DNA from: Candidatus Hydrogenedentota bacterium
Lineage (GTDB): Bacteria > Hydrogenedentota > Hydrogenedentia > Hydrogenedentales > CAILVY01
Assembly: GCA_029565395.1 (NCBI GenBank)
Contig: JAKQOG010000290.1
Span: 24,035-88,034, forward strand
Direction: 5' to 3'
Length of the DNA: 64,000 bases
In this document: one piece after another, positions 39,964-49,393 of the stretch
Numbering within the stretch: position 1 is the first letter of the stretch
Layout of the letters: every line of letters starts with the position of its first letter
Notes under the pieces: generated by a model
Database searches by the model: none
Told to the model about the DNA's origin: nothing
Seen by the model: the letters and a program-made list of their open reading frames with translations, nothing else
Position numbers and translations under genes: made by a program

Positions 39964-40925
39964 ATCTAAAGACGGTCATTGCGAACCCCAAATGATTGTC
40001 CCAGGGCTATCGCATTAAAAAAAGCCGATACATTGACATTTCTCAAGAACCGAGCCTCTCCTTCGCAAGGGATTTGCCAGCGTTTGTTTGAATCAACCCA
40101 ATGACAAAGGCGATTTTGCGGGGAATTTTAATGCGATAGCCCTGATGATTGTCCCGATTATTCATTGAATGGAAAAAGAGGCCGGGAGGGCAAAGTTTAT
40201 CACGCGTCTCGCGTGACTCACGCCGGGCCGTGCGGCAAAACATCCCAATTTGTCATTGCAAGGAGCGCCAGCAACGAAGCAATCTCGGAGCCATGTCAAC
40301 CCTGCCCATAGTAGCGCCACTTTCTTAGCAGCGAAGCGAAGTAATCTCGCCGGATTGTCAGCTGTGCATGGTTTCGGGATTGCTTCGCTTCGCTGCTAAG
40401 AAAGTGGCCATGATCGGGAGGGCGAGGTTTATCCACCGCAGGAGGGCTCCTGATGCTGTCTGAGAATTCTCTTTAAGAGTTATTTGATATGACTTGGCAA
40501 AGCTCAGAGTATCCCGCAGGGATTCAATAATTCCAGCCCAGGGTTGTGCGTCAGCGCTACCCTGGGTATGCTGCATCCCTAGAATAGCGCCTACCCTGAA
40601 AGGGTTGGCGCATGGTTAGGTTTAAAATTAAATTTCAACGCGTTGTATAACCCCTTCAGGGTTGGTTTATTAGGGATCTTGACCCAGGGTAGCGCCGGGC
40701 GCAACCCTGGGCTGGAATTATCAATCCCCGTTGGGGATTGCCGATTTTTTCTGTGATTAGCAGACATCGCACGGTCTCTTTTCGTTGTGATCGGCTTTTA
40801 TGAATTCTCAGACAGACTCGGGAGCCCTCCTGCGGCGGATAAACCTCGCCCTCCCGATGGACATGTTCACAACAAGCGCAAAATAACAACCTATGAAAAT
40901 CGATTAGGGATTCTGCAACGTTAAC
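39964..40925. repeat. ~950-bp noncoding region of nested and degenerate palindromic repeats (MITE nest or possible large structured RNA)
   Basis: No ORF with protein-like composition. Contains an inverted repeat 39988-40020 / 40127-40156; a perfect 26-bp stem 40315-40340 / 40383-40408; a 36-bp inverted repeat 40415-40450 / 40821-40855 starting with GGGAGGGCGAGG (same terminus as the MITE family); and an inner ~45-bp inverted repeat 40519-40567 / 40692-40740. Confidence 0.7.
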
Positions 40926-42776
40926 TTACTGCTCCGTGGGCGAAAGGAGGAAACGCAGATTGGGCAATGTTTTTCCGTTTTTATCCGTGATTCGCAGCAC
41001 AAAGCCCCAATTCACCTCGGTGTTGCACACCTTCACCAACAGCGGTGTCACCCCCTTGGGAATAGTCACCGACACCGTATCGCGATCCAGGTATGCCGAC
41101 CCTTCCACGGGATAGTCATATACCAGCGTATTGCCCAGCCACACTTTGCCCGCGTCGTTCGTTCCCACACGAAGTTGCGCCGGACACTCCTCGTCAGCGG
41201 CAACATAACACAGCGCATAGGCGCACACCTTTTCGGCGGGCGTGAACACGCGTTTAAAATCGACAAACATTGAATTGCCCGGCGCGGCATACTCCTGCCA
41301 CCGTCCTTTCCCGTTCACGGTGTCATATTCCGCCGAAAGATCTATGCCTTGTTCCGGCGGATACACCATAGTGTGACCGATGGATAATTCAGTGCAGGGA
41401 AAAGGCCCTGCCACCAGCCACCGGGTCTGCGCCCCAAAGAGTTTTTGAAGATTCACCGGTTTGCCGTGGAAATACTGCAAGGCCAAATTCCACCCCTCCG
41501 CCACCTTCGTTGGTTCCAGGGAATTCACCGGAATAAGACCAAAGTCAGGCATGGAGCCCGGCTCGACAAATCGCGGCACCGGCGTCACGCCCAGTTCCTT
41601 CGAATAATCAAGGAGGAACATCTGGCGCAACTCTTTCGCCACCGTTACATAAGGGGGTGACAGGATCACCTCGCGTTTCGCAATAACGTCAAGATAGGCC
41701 TGCAAGTCAGCCGGGCCTGTGTATAGCTCCAATTTGCGCCCCGCCAATTGCTCATAGCAATTATGGCTGTATATCCAGTTGTACCGTTTGCCGGCCATAA
41801 GCGAGCCCGCATAACCCTGCCGGAATTCCTCCAGCGGCATGCCGGGTTCCTGCACCGACTGATAATTAAACCCAAAGGGCCATATGCCCGGCGCAATGGA
41901 ACAATGACTTTTCCAATATGTTTTCGCGCGCGGGCTCAACAGGCGTTGAAACAGGCTGTTGCAGGCCCAGGCATGCCCCAGCATATACCGGATGTTTGGA
42001 TTGCGGTATGTGTGCTCGGTGCAATAATGAATCCCGCCGGGCGCTTGCCGGGCCGCGGCTTCTTCCACCCAGGCAAGGTGGATAACCATGCCCAGGCTGA
42101 ATTCCTGCTCCGGGAACGTAAGAAACACCATGTCGGGGAATTCATCATAGAGAATCCGGATTACACCCGTCATGCGCTCCCGCACCTTTCGAACCAGATC
42201 CTCCCGCGTATAGCCGGCATAGGTATACCCAGGCCAATCGAACTGGTATTGCTCCCCGCAATATTCAATATCCAGGGCAATGCCATTACATCCGGAATCG
42301 CGCGCAAAAATCGCAAACTGCCTGAAATTGTTGTTAATACGCCCCCACGCGGCGTCATTGAACCATTCAAAGAAATGATCAAAGGCAATTTTCAAAAATG
42401 TTTCCGACCCTATACTCCTGCAACTCTCATTCGCACGCTTCGCCTGCTGAAAGGTCTCATCGGATTCCCCAATGGTCCACGGCTTTTTATCTGTTGCCCA
42501 GATATCCGTGCACCACTCCCGCGCCACCTGATCCAGAAAAAATGCCTGCACGCCATGCTGCGCCCAAACCTGGGCGTCCGCAATAATCTGTTCCGGACTT
42601 GCCGAAAAAAGAATCGTCTTGGGGAGCGGCAATTCCGCCGTGGTTCCATACGAAAGCCCCGGCTCCGCCGTTTTTGACGGTTCCACGGCAACATCCGCAC
42701 AAGCACACCCCATCCCCAACAGCACTACGAATAGACACACCCGTGATTCCCACATACTGCCTCCTTTCAGGTACAC
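40926..42776 (-). CDS. Secreted protein of unknown function (616 aa; possible glycoside-hydrolase-like catalytic domain plus C-terminal beta-sandwich)
   Basis: Signal/lipoprotein-like N-terminus (LLGMGCACAD); coding-like composition throughout; no motif I can assign with confidence. Confidence 0.5.
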   Translation of the reverse strand: MYLKGGSMWESRVCLFVVLLGMGCACADVAVEPSKTAEPGLSYGTTAELPLPKTILFSASPEQIIADAQVWAQHGVQAFFLDQVAREWCTDIWATDKKPWTIGESDETFQQAKRANESCRSIGSETFLKIAFDHFFEWFNDAAWGRINNNFRQFAIFARDSGCNGIALDIEYCGEQYQFDWPGYTYAGYTREDLVRKVRERMTGVIRILYDEFPDMVFLTFPEQEFSLGMVIHLAWVEEAAARQAPGGIHYCTEHTYRNPNIRYMLGHAWACNSLFQRLLSPRAKTYWKSHCSIAPGIWPFGFNYQSVQEPGMPLEEFRQGYAGSLMAGKRYNWIYSHNCYEQLAGRKLELYTGPADLQAYLDVIAKREVILSPPYVTVAKELRQMFLLDYSKELGVTPVPRFVEPGSMPDFGLIPVNSLEPTKVAEGWNLALQYFHGKPVNLQKLFGAQTRWLVAGPFPCTELSIGHTMVYPPEQGIDLSAEYDTVNGKGRWQEYAAPGNSMFVDFKRVFTPAEKVCAYALCYVAADEECPAQLRVGTNDAGKVWLGNTLVYDYPVEGSAYLDRDTVSVTIPKGVTPLLVKVCNTEVNWGFVLRITDKNGKTLPNLRFLLSPTEQ

Positions 42777-42816
42777 TCTATATCATGCCCAACTACCAGG
42801 AAACGCTAATCATACG

Positions 42817-43743
42817 ATGAAACCCGGTAACAATAAAACATCTGACCCCAATTGGATCAAAATCCAGGATGATTTTGCCATACTCCGGCCAAAACAACGC
42901 AACCGGTTCCGCATCCTTCAGGTTACCGACTTCCACTCCAATGTCGACGAAATATTGAACGAAAAAACCCGCGCGGACGTCCGGGCCATGGTCCGGCGTT
43001 TCGCCCCGGATCTTCTGGCGGTCACCGGCGATATCTGGTGCGGCGACGACACCCCGGACGCCGCGCCCATGTGGATGCAGCGCGATCTGGATTTTCTGGG
43101 GGGTCTTGACGTCCCATGGGCATTTATTTGGGGAAACCATGATTATGCAGCGGATTTCGAGGCCGCACAACGCCAAATCGCCGCCACACCGAATGCCGTC
43201 GCTCCGCATGGAAACGGCCGCGGAAATTTCCGTGTGGAAGTGCGCCAGGACAGACATCCGCTTCCCGCTTGGGATCTTTTCTTCTTGAATTCCGGCCCGC
43301 AATGGCAACTGCCCCAGGATCTCGCGTGGTTCCAGGAAGAAACCACACGAATAACTCAGGATCGAGGAACAATCGTTCCGGCTATCGCCTATTTTCACAT
43401 CCCTTTGAAAAATTACCAGGACGCCATCGATCAAGGCCGTACTATCGGCGAAGGAACGGAATACATGCTGAATTGGGGCGATGAGGAAGGCCTTGCGGCG
43501 CCAATATTCAAGCAGGCGGGAAACGTCCGGGCCTGTTTCACCGCCCACAGCCATAAAAATGATTTCTGGTTTGAAGAAGACGGTGTGGTGTTCGCCTATG
43601 GACGCGCCACTGGCTATGGCGGCTACGGCGGCGAAGATCTCCCCAAAGGCGGCAAATTACTGGACCTGGATCTTCATTCCGATCATTTTAGTTTCATGAC
43701 CGTCTTTGGCGATGGCACGGTAGAACAAACAACGGTTCGATAA
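42817..43743 (+). CDS. Calcineurin-like metallophosphoesterase
   Basis: Metallophosphatase motifs QVTDFH, GDIWCGDD, GNHDY and the downstream His blocks. Start at ATG 42817 (MKPGNNK), because the longest ORF from 42619 overlaps the divergent upstream gene. Confidence 0.75.
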   Translation: MKPGNNKTSDPNWIKIQDDFAILRPKQRNRFRILQVTDFHSNVDEILNEKTRADVRAMVRRFAPDLLAVTGDIWCGDDTPDAAPMWMQRDLDFLGGLDVPWAFIWGNHDYAADFEAAQRQIAATPNAVAPHGNGRGNFRVEVRQDRHPLPAWDLFFLNSGPQWQLPQDLAWFQEETTRITQDRGTIVPAIAYFHIPLKNYQDAIDQGRTIGEGTEYMLNWGDEEGLAAPIFKQAGNVRACFTAHSHKNDFWFEEDGVVFAYGRATGYGGYGGEDLPKGGKLLDLDLHSDHFSFMTVFGDGTVEQTTVR

Positions 43744-43761
43744 CATTCTCAAGGAATTATT

Positions 43762-43869
43762 GGGAGGGCGAGGCTCCTGCCGAGCCGTAAGACAAAATAT
43801 CCAAATAGCATATATTCCTGCGACAATCCTGATCTTGTTTTAACGGCTCGGCAGGAGCCTCGCCCTCCC
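43762..43869. repeat. MITE-like palindromic element, copy 2 (108 bp)
   Basis: Termini GGGAGGGCGAGGCTCCTGCCGAGCCGT / ACGGCTCGGCAGGAGCCTCGCCCTCCC; lies between convergent genes (metallophosphoesterase and RDD). Confidence 0.85.
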
Positions 43870-44048
43870 ATTCGCACTTTTTCTTTTCAATTAGCTGCTT
43901 CTGCTCATTCCCACGTGCACTTGGGATCGCACCTGCATGCCCGCCGTAGTCACCTGCTTCGCGTGACGAAGAAGGGTCTTCAGCGTGTCACTTTTCTCGT
44001 TCCCAAGTTACATTTTGAAACACACTTGTCTTCAAAGTTTAACTTTGC

Positions 44049-44825
44049 CTAATTCGCTTCTCCTGATTTCCGGAAGATGCTGTCCACCGTGTTACGCAAA
44101 TATTGCTCATCGGTTAATCCGGCGGATGCTTCTTCCGGGAATGCGACCTGTTCTCTGAAATGGTCCGCCAGTTCTCTGTAAAGTGCCACCCGCGCATCGG
44201 GGTCCAGCTCATTCCGGCGCATTAACGCTTGCACCAACAGCGCAACTTCCACGGGCGACACCTGCTGCCGCAGGCGCGCTTCCAGATGCGGATAACTCCG
44301 GAAGGAATTGTATTTATCCGGCAGAAGCTGCTGAAGATCCGGCTGTTTGGGCGTGGGGGTATGCACCACCACCGTGTTCGCCGCCAAATCGCCCAGGCGC
44401 TGCGCATGCCGGCTGAACAACATGGCCGCCCCACCCGCCAAATACAGCATCGGCAGCATATCCACGGTGCGCATCAGATTGCGCATCACGATCTGACTGA
44501 ACTGAAGCCGCAAACCCTGCGCATCCATCACGCGGATCTTGAGCAGGAATTTACCCAGGGTCTGACCATGCCATATCCATTCCAGCAAGATATTGTATCC
44601 GGTATTCAATACAAAGAACGTCAGGATGGAAATGGCCGTGGTGAGATCGCCGGAAAATGACTGCAATATGGAAAACGTGGTGAGTACAACCAAGGCCACG
44701 ACTAATGTAACGCCGAAATCTATCCCCCATGCCAGAAACCGGGCGCTGGGACCCGCCAAAAGCAGTGAAAACTCCACGCCTTCCGGCGTGCGCACGGCCA
44801 AGGTGGCGTTGCGGGGTTCAATCAT
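44049..44825 (-). CDS. RDD-family membrane protein (last gene of the MoxR-associated operon)
   Basis: RDD-domain pattern (R...GQTLGKFLLKIRV...D...) with 3 TM helices; start taken at MIEPRN (44825), overlapping the upstream gene end by 8 nt. Confidence 0.7.
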   Translation of the reverse strand: MIEPRNATLAVRTPEGVEFSLLLAGPSARFLAWGIDFGVTLVVALVVLTTFSILQSFSGDLTTAISILTFFVLNTGYNILLEWIWHGQTLGKFLLKIRVMDAQGLRLQFSQIVMRNLMRTVDMLPMLYLAGGAAMLFSRHAQRLGDLAANTVVVHTPTPKQPDLQQLLPDKYNSFRSYPHLEARLRQQVSPVEVALLVQALMRRNELDPDARVALYRELADHFREQVAFPEEASAGLTDEQYLRNTVDSIFRKSGEAN

Positions 44826-45849
44826 GGGGAGCCGCCTTTCCCGACAGCCTACGCCCGCGCTTTCGCCCCGATCCCAGCAGGAACGCAAATAAAAGAAGCA
44901 ATTCCAGGCTGCCGAACGCTATCTTCAAGGCATAGGGAATAACCGGTTCATGATACTGCGAAAAAAACGATTCCACGATGCCCGCCCAAACCAACAGCAA
45001 CATAACCCCCACGATCAGCGTTACCAGATCGGGACCCGCAGCGCGCAGCCGCTCCCGGAATGATTGTGCGCTGCCCCACCCAATCAGGGCGCCTGCCAGC
45101 ACAAGCCCCGCCTGCCCTGCAATCAGCACCGCAGGCAATTCGATGGAGCCATGCGGCAAGAGCCATCCCGCCAGAAAAGTGCTCTGCCCCGCCAGAATGT
45201 AATCAATGGCCACGCCTCCAAGAATCACCCCGTTGTACAACATCATTATCAGCGTGCCAAGCCCCCATGTGATGCCCAGCGACATGGCGAAAATGCTCAC
45301 CCGGATATTATTCGTCATCAACGCGGCGGCAAACGTAGATCGCGCGCCTTCAAGGCGATCTTCCGTGGAGTGTTCTTCTCTCTCCACACGTTTGGCGGGA
45401 TCATCCTGTAAATGACTGAATTGAACGGGGAATACCGATTCCTTTGCAGCCGGGTCCAGCAGCACCGCGCCCGCGCCAAAAAAACTGCCGATGACCATCG
45501 CGGCCAGAGCGATGAGAAAAGCGCGATACCGCCGGCGGAAAGTCTGCGGAAAGGTTTCAAAAAACCATGCGAGTGGTTTCAAACGATAGGGGGCATCGCG
45601 AATCTCATGAATCTCCGCATACGCGCGCCCCACCAGTCCCTCAAGGTATCCCCGGATTTCCGGTTCCACCGCGAAAGTGCGGATGCGCGCCAAATCCGAT
45701 GCGGCCCGGCGGTACAAATAATAGAACCGGCGGGTTTCCGCAAGATCCATGCGCTGCTCCAGGCGCCGCTCCAGGCGGCTCAGACACTCCTCCAGTTCCT
45801 GCCAGAACGGCTGTTCTTCCCGGACAAAATGGGCGACATCCAAAATCAC
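44818..45849 (-). CDS. SpoIIM-like (DUF95) membrane protein
   Basis: Soluble N-terminal helical region, then a 5-6 TM stage-II-sporulation-M-like core (NNIRVSIFAMSLGITWGLGT...LPHGSIELPAVLIAGQAG). Confidence 0.65.
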   Translation of the reverse strand: MILDVAHFVREEQPFWQELEECLSRLERRLEQRMDLAETRRFYYLYRRAASDLARIRTFAVEPEIRGYLEGLVGRAYAEIHEIRDAPYRLKPLAWFFETFPQTFRRRYRAFLIALAAMVIGSFFGAGAVLLDPAAKESVFPVQFSHLQDDPAKRVEREEHSTEDRLEGARSTFAAALMTNNIRVSIFAMSLGITWGLGTLIMMLYNGVILGGVAIDYILAGQSTFLAGWLLPHGSIELPAVLIAGQAGLVLAGALIGWGSAQSFRERLRAAGPDLVTLIVGVMLLLVWAGIVESFFSQYHEPVIPYALKIAFGSLELLLLFAFLLGSGRKRGRRLSGKAAPHD

Positions 45850-47201
45850 AAGATCTGCCTTTGCTTTATACTCAAGTATTGGGAAACCAATTCCGGCGTC
45901 AGCGACTCGTTTTCCAACAAACCCAGAGCCACTCCCCGCCGGTGCAAGATGCGCTGCAATTCGCGCAGATCACGCCACTGCAAATGCCCGCTCAGGCGCT
46001 TATAGACATCGTCCACGCTGGATACCTCGGAACGATCAAACAAGGGTCCCACGCCCGCGGGCGTCAACATGTTCGCCAGAATCAGATGGCGGCGGGTAAT
46101 CAGATCCATGCTTCGCGCGAAGGTTTCCGAAAGCACGGGATCATCCAGGTTTGTCAGAAACACCAGCAAGGCGCGCCGCCGCAAGCGCGTGCGAATGAAT
46201 GAACATACCTCGTCAAAATCCGGCGTTACATCGTTGGGTTCCAGCGTATAGAGCGCGTCCCGGCAAACCGTGTAATGCTCCCGGCCGTTTCGCGCGCGCA
46301 CAAACCCGTGAATGCGATCGCTAAACGTCAATAATCCGAACAAATCCCCTTGACGCTCCGCCACCATGCCCAAAATCATCGCGGCATGGATAAAACGGTC
46401 CAGTTGTGAAACGGAACCCTGGGCGGGATCCTGAAGGGTGCGTCCGCTCAACCGGGAGGCGTCCAGGATCACATACACTTCCTGCGTCCGCTCCACTTGA
46501 TACACTTTCGTGATCGGATGCGCACGCCGCGCCGTCGCTTTCCAGTGTATGTCTTCAAAACTATCCCCCGGAATATATTCGCGCAATTTTTCAAATTCGC
46601 GGCCTTTGCCAACCCGCCGCCGTGCATGCAATCCGAGCGCGCCCCGGTTCAGGAAAATCGCCGCCACACGGTTGCGCTCGCCCAGCAAGTTCGGATACAC
46701 CCGGAGTTCCACGTGATCCGGAAAGACCCGCCGGCATCTCCAAAATCCTACCACCGAATCCATGGCCGCATAGATATTTTCAAGAAAAAACTCGCCGCGT
46801 TTATGCGGCGTCACCGGCCAATCCAGCCGATATTCCTCCGCTTGTTCGCCAATGGAAACGATCTTCGTCTCCTCCACGCTTTCCACACTGGGCGGAAACG
46901 ACAACCCAACCACCAGCGAACGCGGCTGACGATCCCGGTTGGCAATGTGAATGCCGATCATTCCGGCCCGGTCTTTCGTAAGCCGGAACAGTGGCGCGCC
47001 GCCATTGGTCCGGATGAACTCCAGGTGCAATGCGCCAAACCGGTTCGTGGACAACACCGCATCCACTACAGCCAGAACGGTGAACACCCCCATAATCCCC
47101 AACACCAACAGGGTCCACTCCGGAACGGCGGACACGACCAATGCACACGGCAGGAATACCGCCGCCGTCCAGAATATCAATCTGTTGGTGGGGGCTATCA
47201 T
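45846..47201 (-). CDS. DUF58-domain protein (MoxR partner) with N-terminal TM hairpin
   Basis: DUF58 signature GKGREFEKLREYIPGDSFEDIHWKATARRAHPITKVYQVERTQEVYVILD; ATGA overlaps at both ends. Confidence 0.8.
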   Translation of the reverse strand: MIAPTNRLIFWTAAVFLPCALVVSAVPEWTLLVLGIMGVFTVLAVVDAVLSTNRFGALHLEFIRTNGGAPLFRLTKDRAGMIGIHIANRDRQPRSLVVGLSFPPSVESVEETKIVSIGEQAEEYRLDWPVTPHKRGEFFLENIYAAMDSVVGFWRCRRVFPDHVELRVYPNLLGERNRVAAIFLNRGALGLHARRRVGKGREFEKLREYIPGDSFEDIHWKATARRAHPITKVYQVERTQEVYVILDASRLSGRTLQDPAQGSVSQLDRFIHAAMILGMVAERQGDLFGLLTFSDRIHGFVRARNGREHYTVCRDALYTLEPNDVTPDFDEVCSFIRTRLRRRALLVFLTNLDDPVLSETFARSMDLITRRHLILANMLTPAGVGPLFDRSEVSSVDDVYKRLSGHLQWRDLRELQRILHRRGVALGLLENESLTPELVSQYLSIKQRQIL

Positions 47202-48163
47202 CGCGGAACCGTAATACTCTGCAGCAATTGTTGAATGATTTCAGCACACGTCAGCCCTTCTATTTCATATTCGGGCCGGAGAATAATCCGGTGTTCAAGA
47301 ACCGCCCGCGCCATGCTTTTGATATCGTCCGGCGTGACAAAATCCCGGTTTTGCATCGCCGCGCACACCCGGCTGGAAAGCAACAACGCCTGCGTGGCGC
47401 GCGGCCCCGCGCCCACCATCACGCTACTGTGTTCGCGCGTCTTACGCACGATATCCACCGCATAGCCCAGGAGTTCATCGCGCACCACCACCTCATTCAA
47501 GATCGTCCGCATAAGCGCCAATTGTCCCTCTTCCAGCACCTGCCACACCTCTCCGCGCGCCAACACCGCTTCCGGCGCTTCCAGACCCAGTGTGCGCCGG
47601 GCAAGCGTGAGTTCTTCCTCCCGCTTGGGAGTTTCCATGATAATTTTGAGCATAAACCGGTCCACCTGCGCTTCCGGAAGCGGGTACGTTCCCTCAAACT
47701 CGATGGGGTTCTGCGTCGCGAACACCGTGAAATTGGGCGACAGCGGATGGGTCTCGCGATCTATGGTTACACGCCGCTCCTGCATCGCCTGCAACAGCGC
47801 GGACTGTGTTTTTGCGGGCGCCCGGTTGATTTCATCCGCCAATAGAAACGTCGTGAACACAGGGCCCTTCACCAATTGGAATTCATTGTTCTTCAGATTG
47901 AACACATTCGTCCCAATAATGTCCGCCGGCATAAGATCCGGCGTAAACTGGATGCGGTTGAACTCGCATCCAAGCACCCGCGCCAGCGTCCGCACCAACA
48001 GCGTTTTCGCCACGCCCGGCACGCCCTCCACCAGCGCATGATGATTCGAAAAAATGGCGATAAGCGCCTGATCGATCACCTCGGCGTGTCCAATGATCAC
48101 TTTGCCGATTTCCTGGCGCGCACGGGCCAGCAGATCCTGCAATTGTTCAAGTGTTGAGGTCAC
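47198..48163 (-). CDS. MoxR-family AAA+ ATPase
   Basis: Walker A GVPGVAKT, Walker B/sensor LLADEINRAPAKTQSALLQAMQER, and the MoxR C-terminal lid; 321 aa. Confidence 0.9.
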   Translation of the reverse strand: MTSTLEQLQDLLARARQEIGKVIIGHAEVIDQALIAIFSNHHALVEGVPGVAKTLLVRTLARVLGCEFNRIQFTPDLMPADIIGTNVFNLKNNEFQLVKGPVFTTFLLADEINRAPAKTQSALLQAMQERRVTIDRETHPLSPNFTVFATQNPIEFEGTYPLPEAQVDRFMLKIIMETPKREEELTLARRTLGLEAPEAVLARGEVWQVLEEGQLALMRTILNEVVVRDELLGYAVDIVRKTREHSSVMVGAGPRATQALLLSSRVCAAMQNRDFVTPDDIKSMARAVLEHRIILRPEYEIEGLTCAEIIQQLLQSITVPR

Positions 48164-48166
48164 GGA

Positions 48167-49390
48167 TCATTTCCTTTCTTTTATCAGCCTCTCCATGGTT
48201 TTATAACGCGCCACCAGGGCGGCCGCGTTGTTTTCCGTATCCTGAGCCAACCCCATAATGTCGTTATGTGCCGCGGGAGCAAAGCGCGGATCATGCGCAA
48301 AATCCCGCCGCCATTCCTCATAACAGGTAGTTAACAACCGGCGAACCGGCACACTGCGCCGAACCAGTTGATGCAAGCCGGTAAAAGCTTCCTGTACATT
48401 TTCCGATTCCACCGTCTGTTTCAGATACGCCGCATCGTGCCGGGGCACAAGACTCCACATGCTCTTCCAAACAAATAACAGCCCTGTCACTGCAAAAGCG
48501 ATCAGCGCAAGATCAAGCCGGTAACGCCGGACCAAGTCCATCAACCCCGGCGTATGCACAATGCCAAAATGCGATTCATCCACCACGATTTGTGTATTCG
48601 GGCCCACCAGCCACGTTAAAAACCCCGTCGGACGTTCTTTGCGCAACGCTTCATTACTGATAAAATACGAATCCGCGCACACCACAATGGAGCCGCTGCC
48701 CCACTGCCGCTCAATAATCACCGGAAAATCATCGCGCGCATACACCACGCGCCAATGATCCGCCAGCTTCTCAAAATAAGAAGCGGATCGCCAGGGCAAT
48801 GAGTCCGGAAGTTCCTCAACTTCCGCTTTCTTATTCACAAAAATCTTTTGCGCTTTCTCTGAAAACGCCTTCCCGCTTATTTCAAACCCCCAGCGTTCTT
48901 TGATGTTTACATAGAGTTCCTTTTCCCCCTGTATCGCCTCCTTTTCCGATTCCCCTTCCCGCGTTTTTTCTCTTTCCGCCCGTTCCTGCTCCTCTTTCCA
49001 GTACACGCCGGATAAGGGATAATACGCGATCACCATGCGCCCCCCCGTTAATACAAATCCTTCCGCCGCGCGGATCACTTCCATGGGATCGTCCGTATCC
49101 GGCACCCCTGCCAAAAATAATGTGGTGTTATTCCCCTGGTTCAGTTCCATAATGTTGCGTTCATGCCGGCGCACCTGCAACCCTGGCATCATGGCAAGCG
49201 ATTCGTAAAAGGCCTGTGCACCCATGGGGTCCGCACGGTGTGTCGAATAGGCCGGATAAACGTCGCCATAATCCATACGAAGCGAAAACACCCGCCATAA
49301 TTGCACCAAGGCCAGAAGACCTATCACCACCGCCGCTCCCAACGCCCATGCGGAGCCTCGTTTTCCATATATGCGTGCAGGCGCGGCCAC
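48167..49390 (-). CDS. DUF4350-domain protein (N-terminal TM anchor)
   Basis: DUF4350-like periplasmic domain (GSGSIVVCADSYFISNEAL) and a coiled-coil low-complexity insert; recurrent partner in MoxR/DUF58 neighbourhoods. Confidence 0.65.
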   Translation of the reverse strand: MAAPARIYGKRGSAWALGAAVVIGLLALVQLWRVFSLRMDYGDVYPAYSTHRADPMGAQAFYESLAMMPGLQVRRHERNIMELNQGNNTTLFLAGVPDTDDPMEVIRAAEGFVLTGGRMVIAYYPLSGVYWKEEQERAEREKTREGESEKEAIQGEKELYVNIKERWGFEISGKAFSEKAQKIFVNKKAEVEELPDSLPWRSASYFEKLADHWRVVYARDDFPVIIERQWGSGSIVVCADSYFISNEALRKERPTGFLTWLVGPNTQIVVDESHFGIVHTPGLMDLVRRYRLDLALIAFAVTGLLFVWKSMWSLVPRHDAAYLKQTVESENVQEAFTGLHQLVRRSVPVRRLLTTCYEEWRRDFAHDPRFAPAAHNDIMGLAQDTENNAAALVARYKTMERLIKERK

Positions 49391-49393
49391 GGC

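Noticed and set aside
42619-42816. Upstream extension of the metallophosphoesterase ORF
   Set aside because: It overlaps the N-terminal coding region of the divergent gene 40926..42776. Phosphoesterase homology and an ATG with reasonable context start at 42817.
43870-44048. Small palindromes (GTCACCTGCTTCGCGTGAC; CCCACGTGCACTTGGG) downstream of MITE copy 2
   Set aside because: Short, imperfect and single-copy in the window; they may be operator-like or terminator-like, but I cannot support a specific call.
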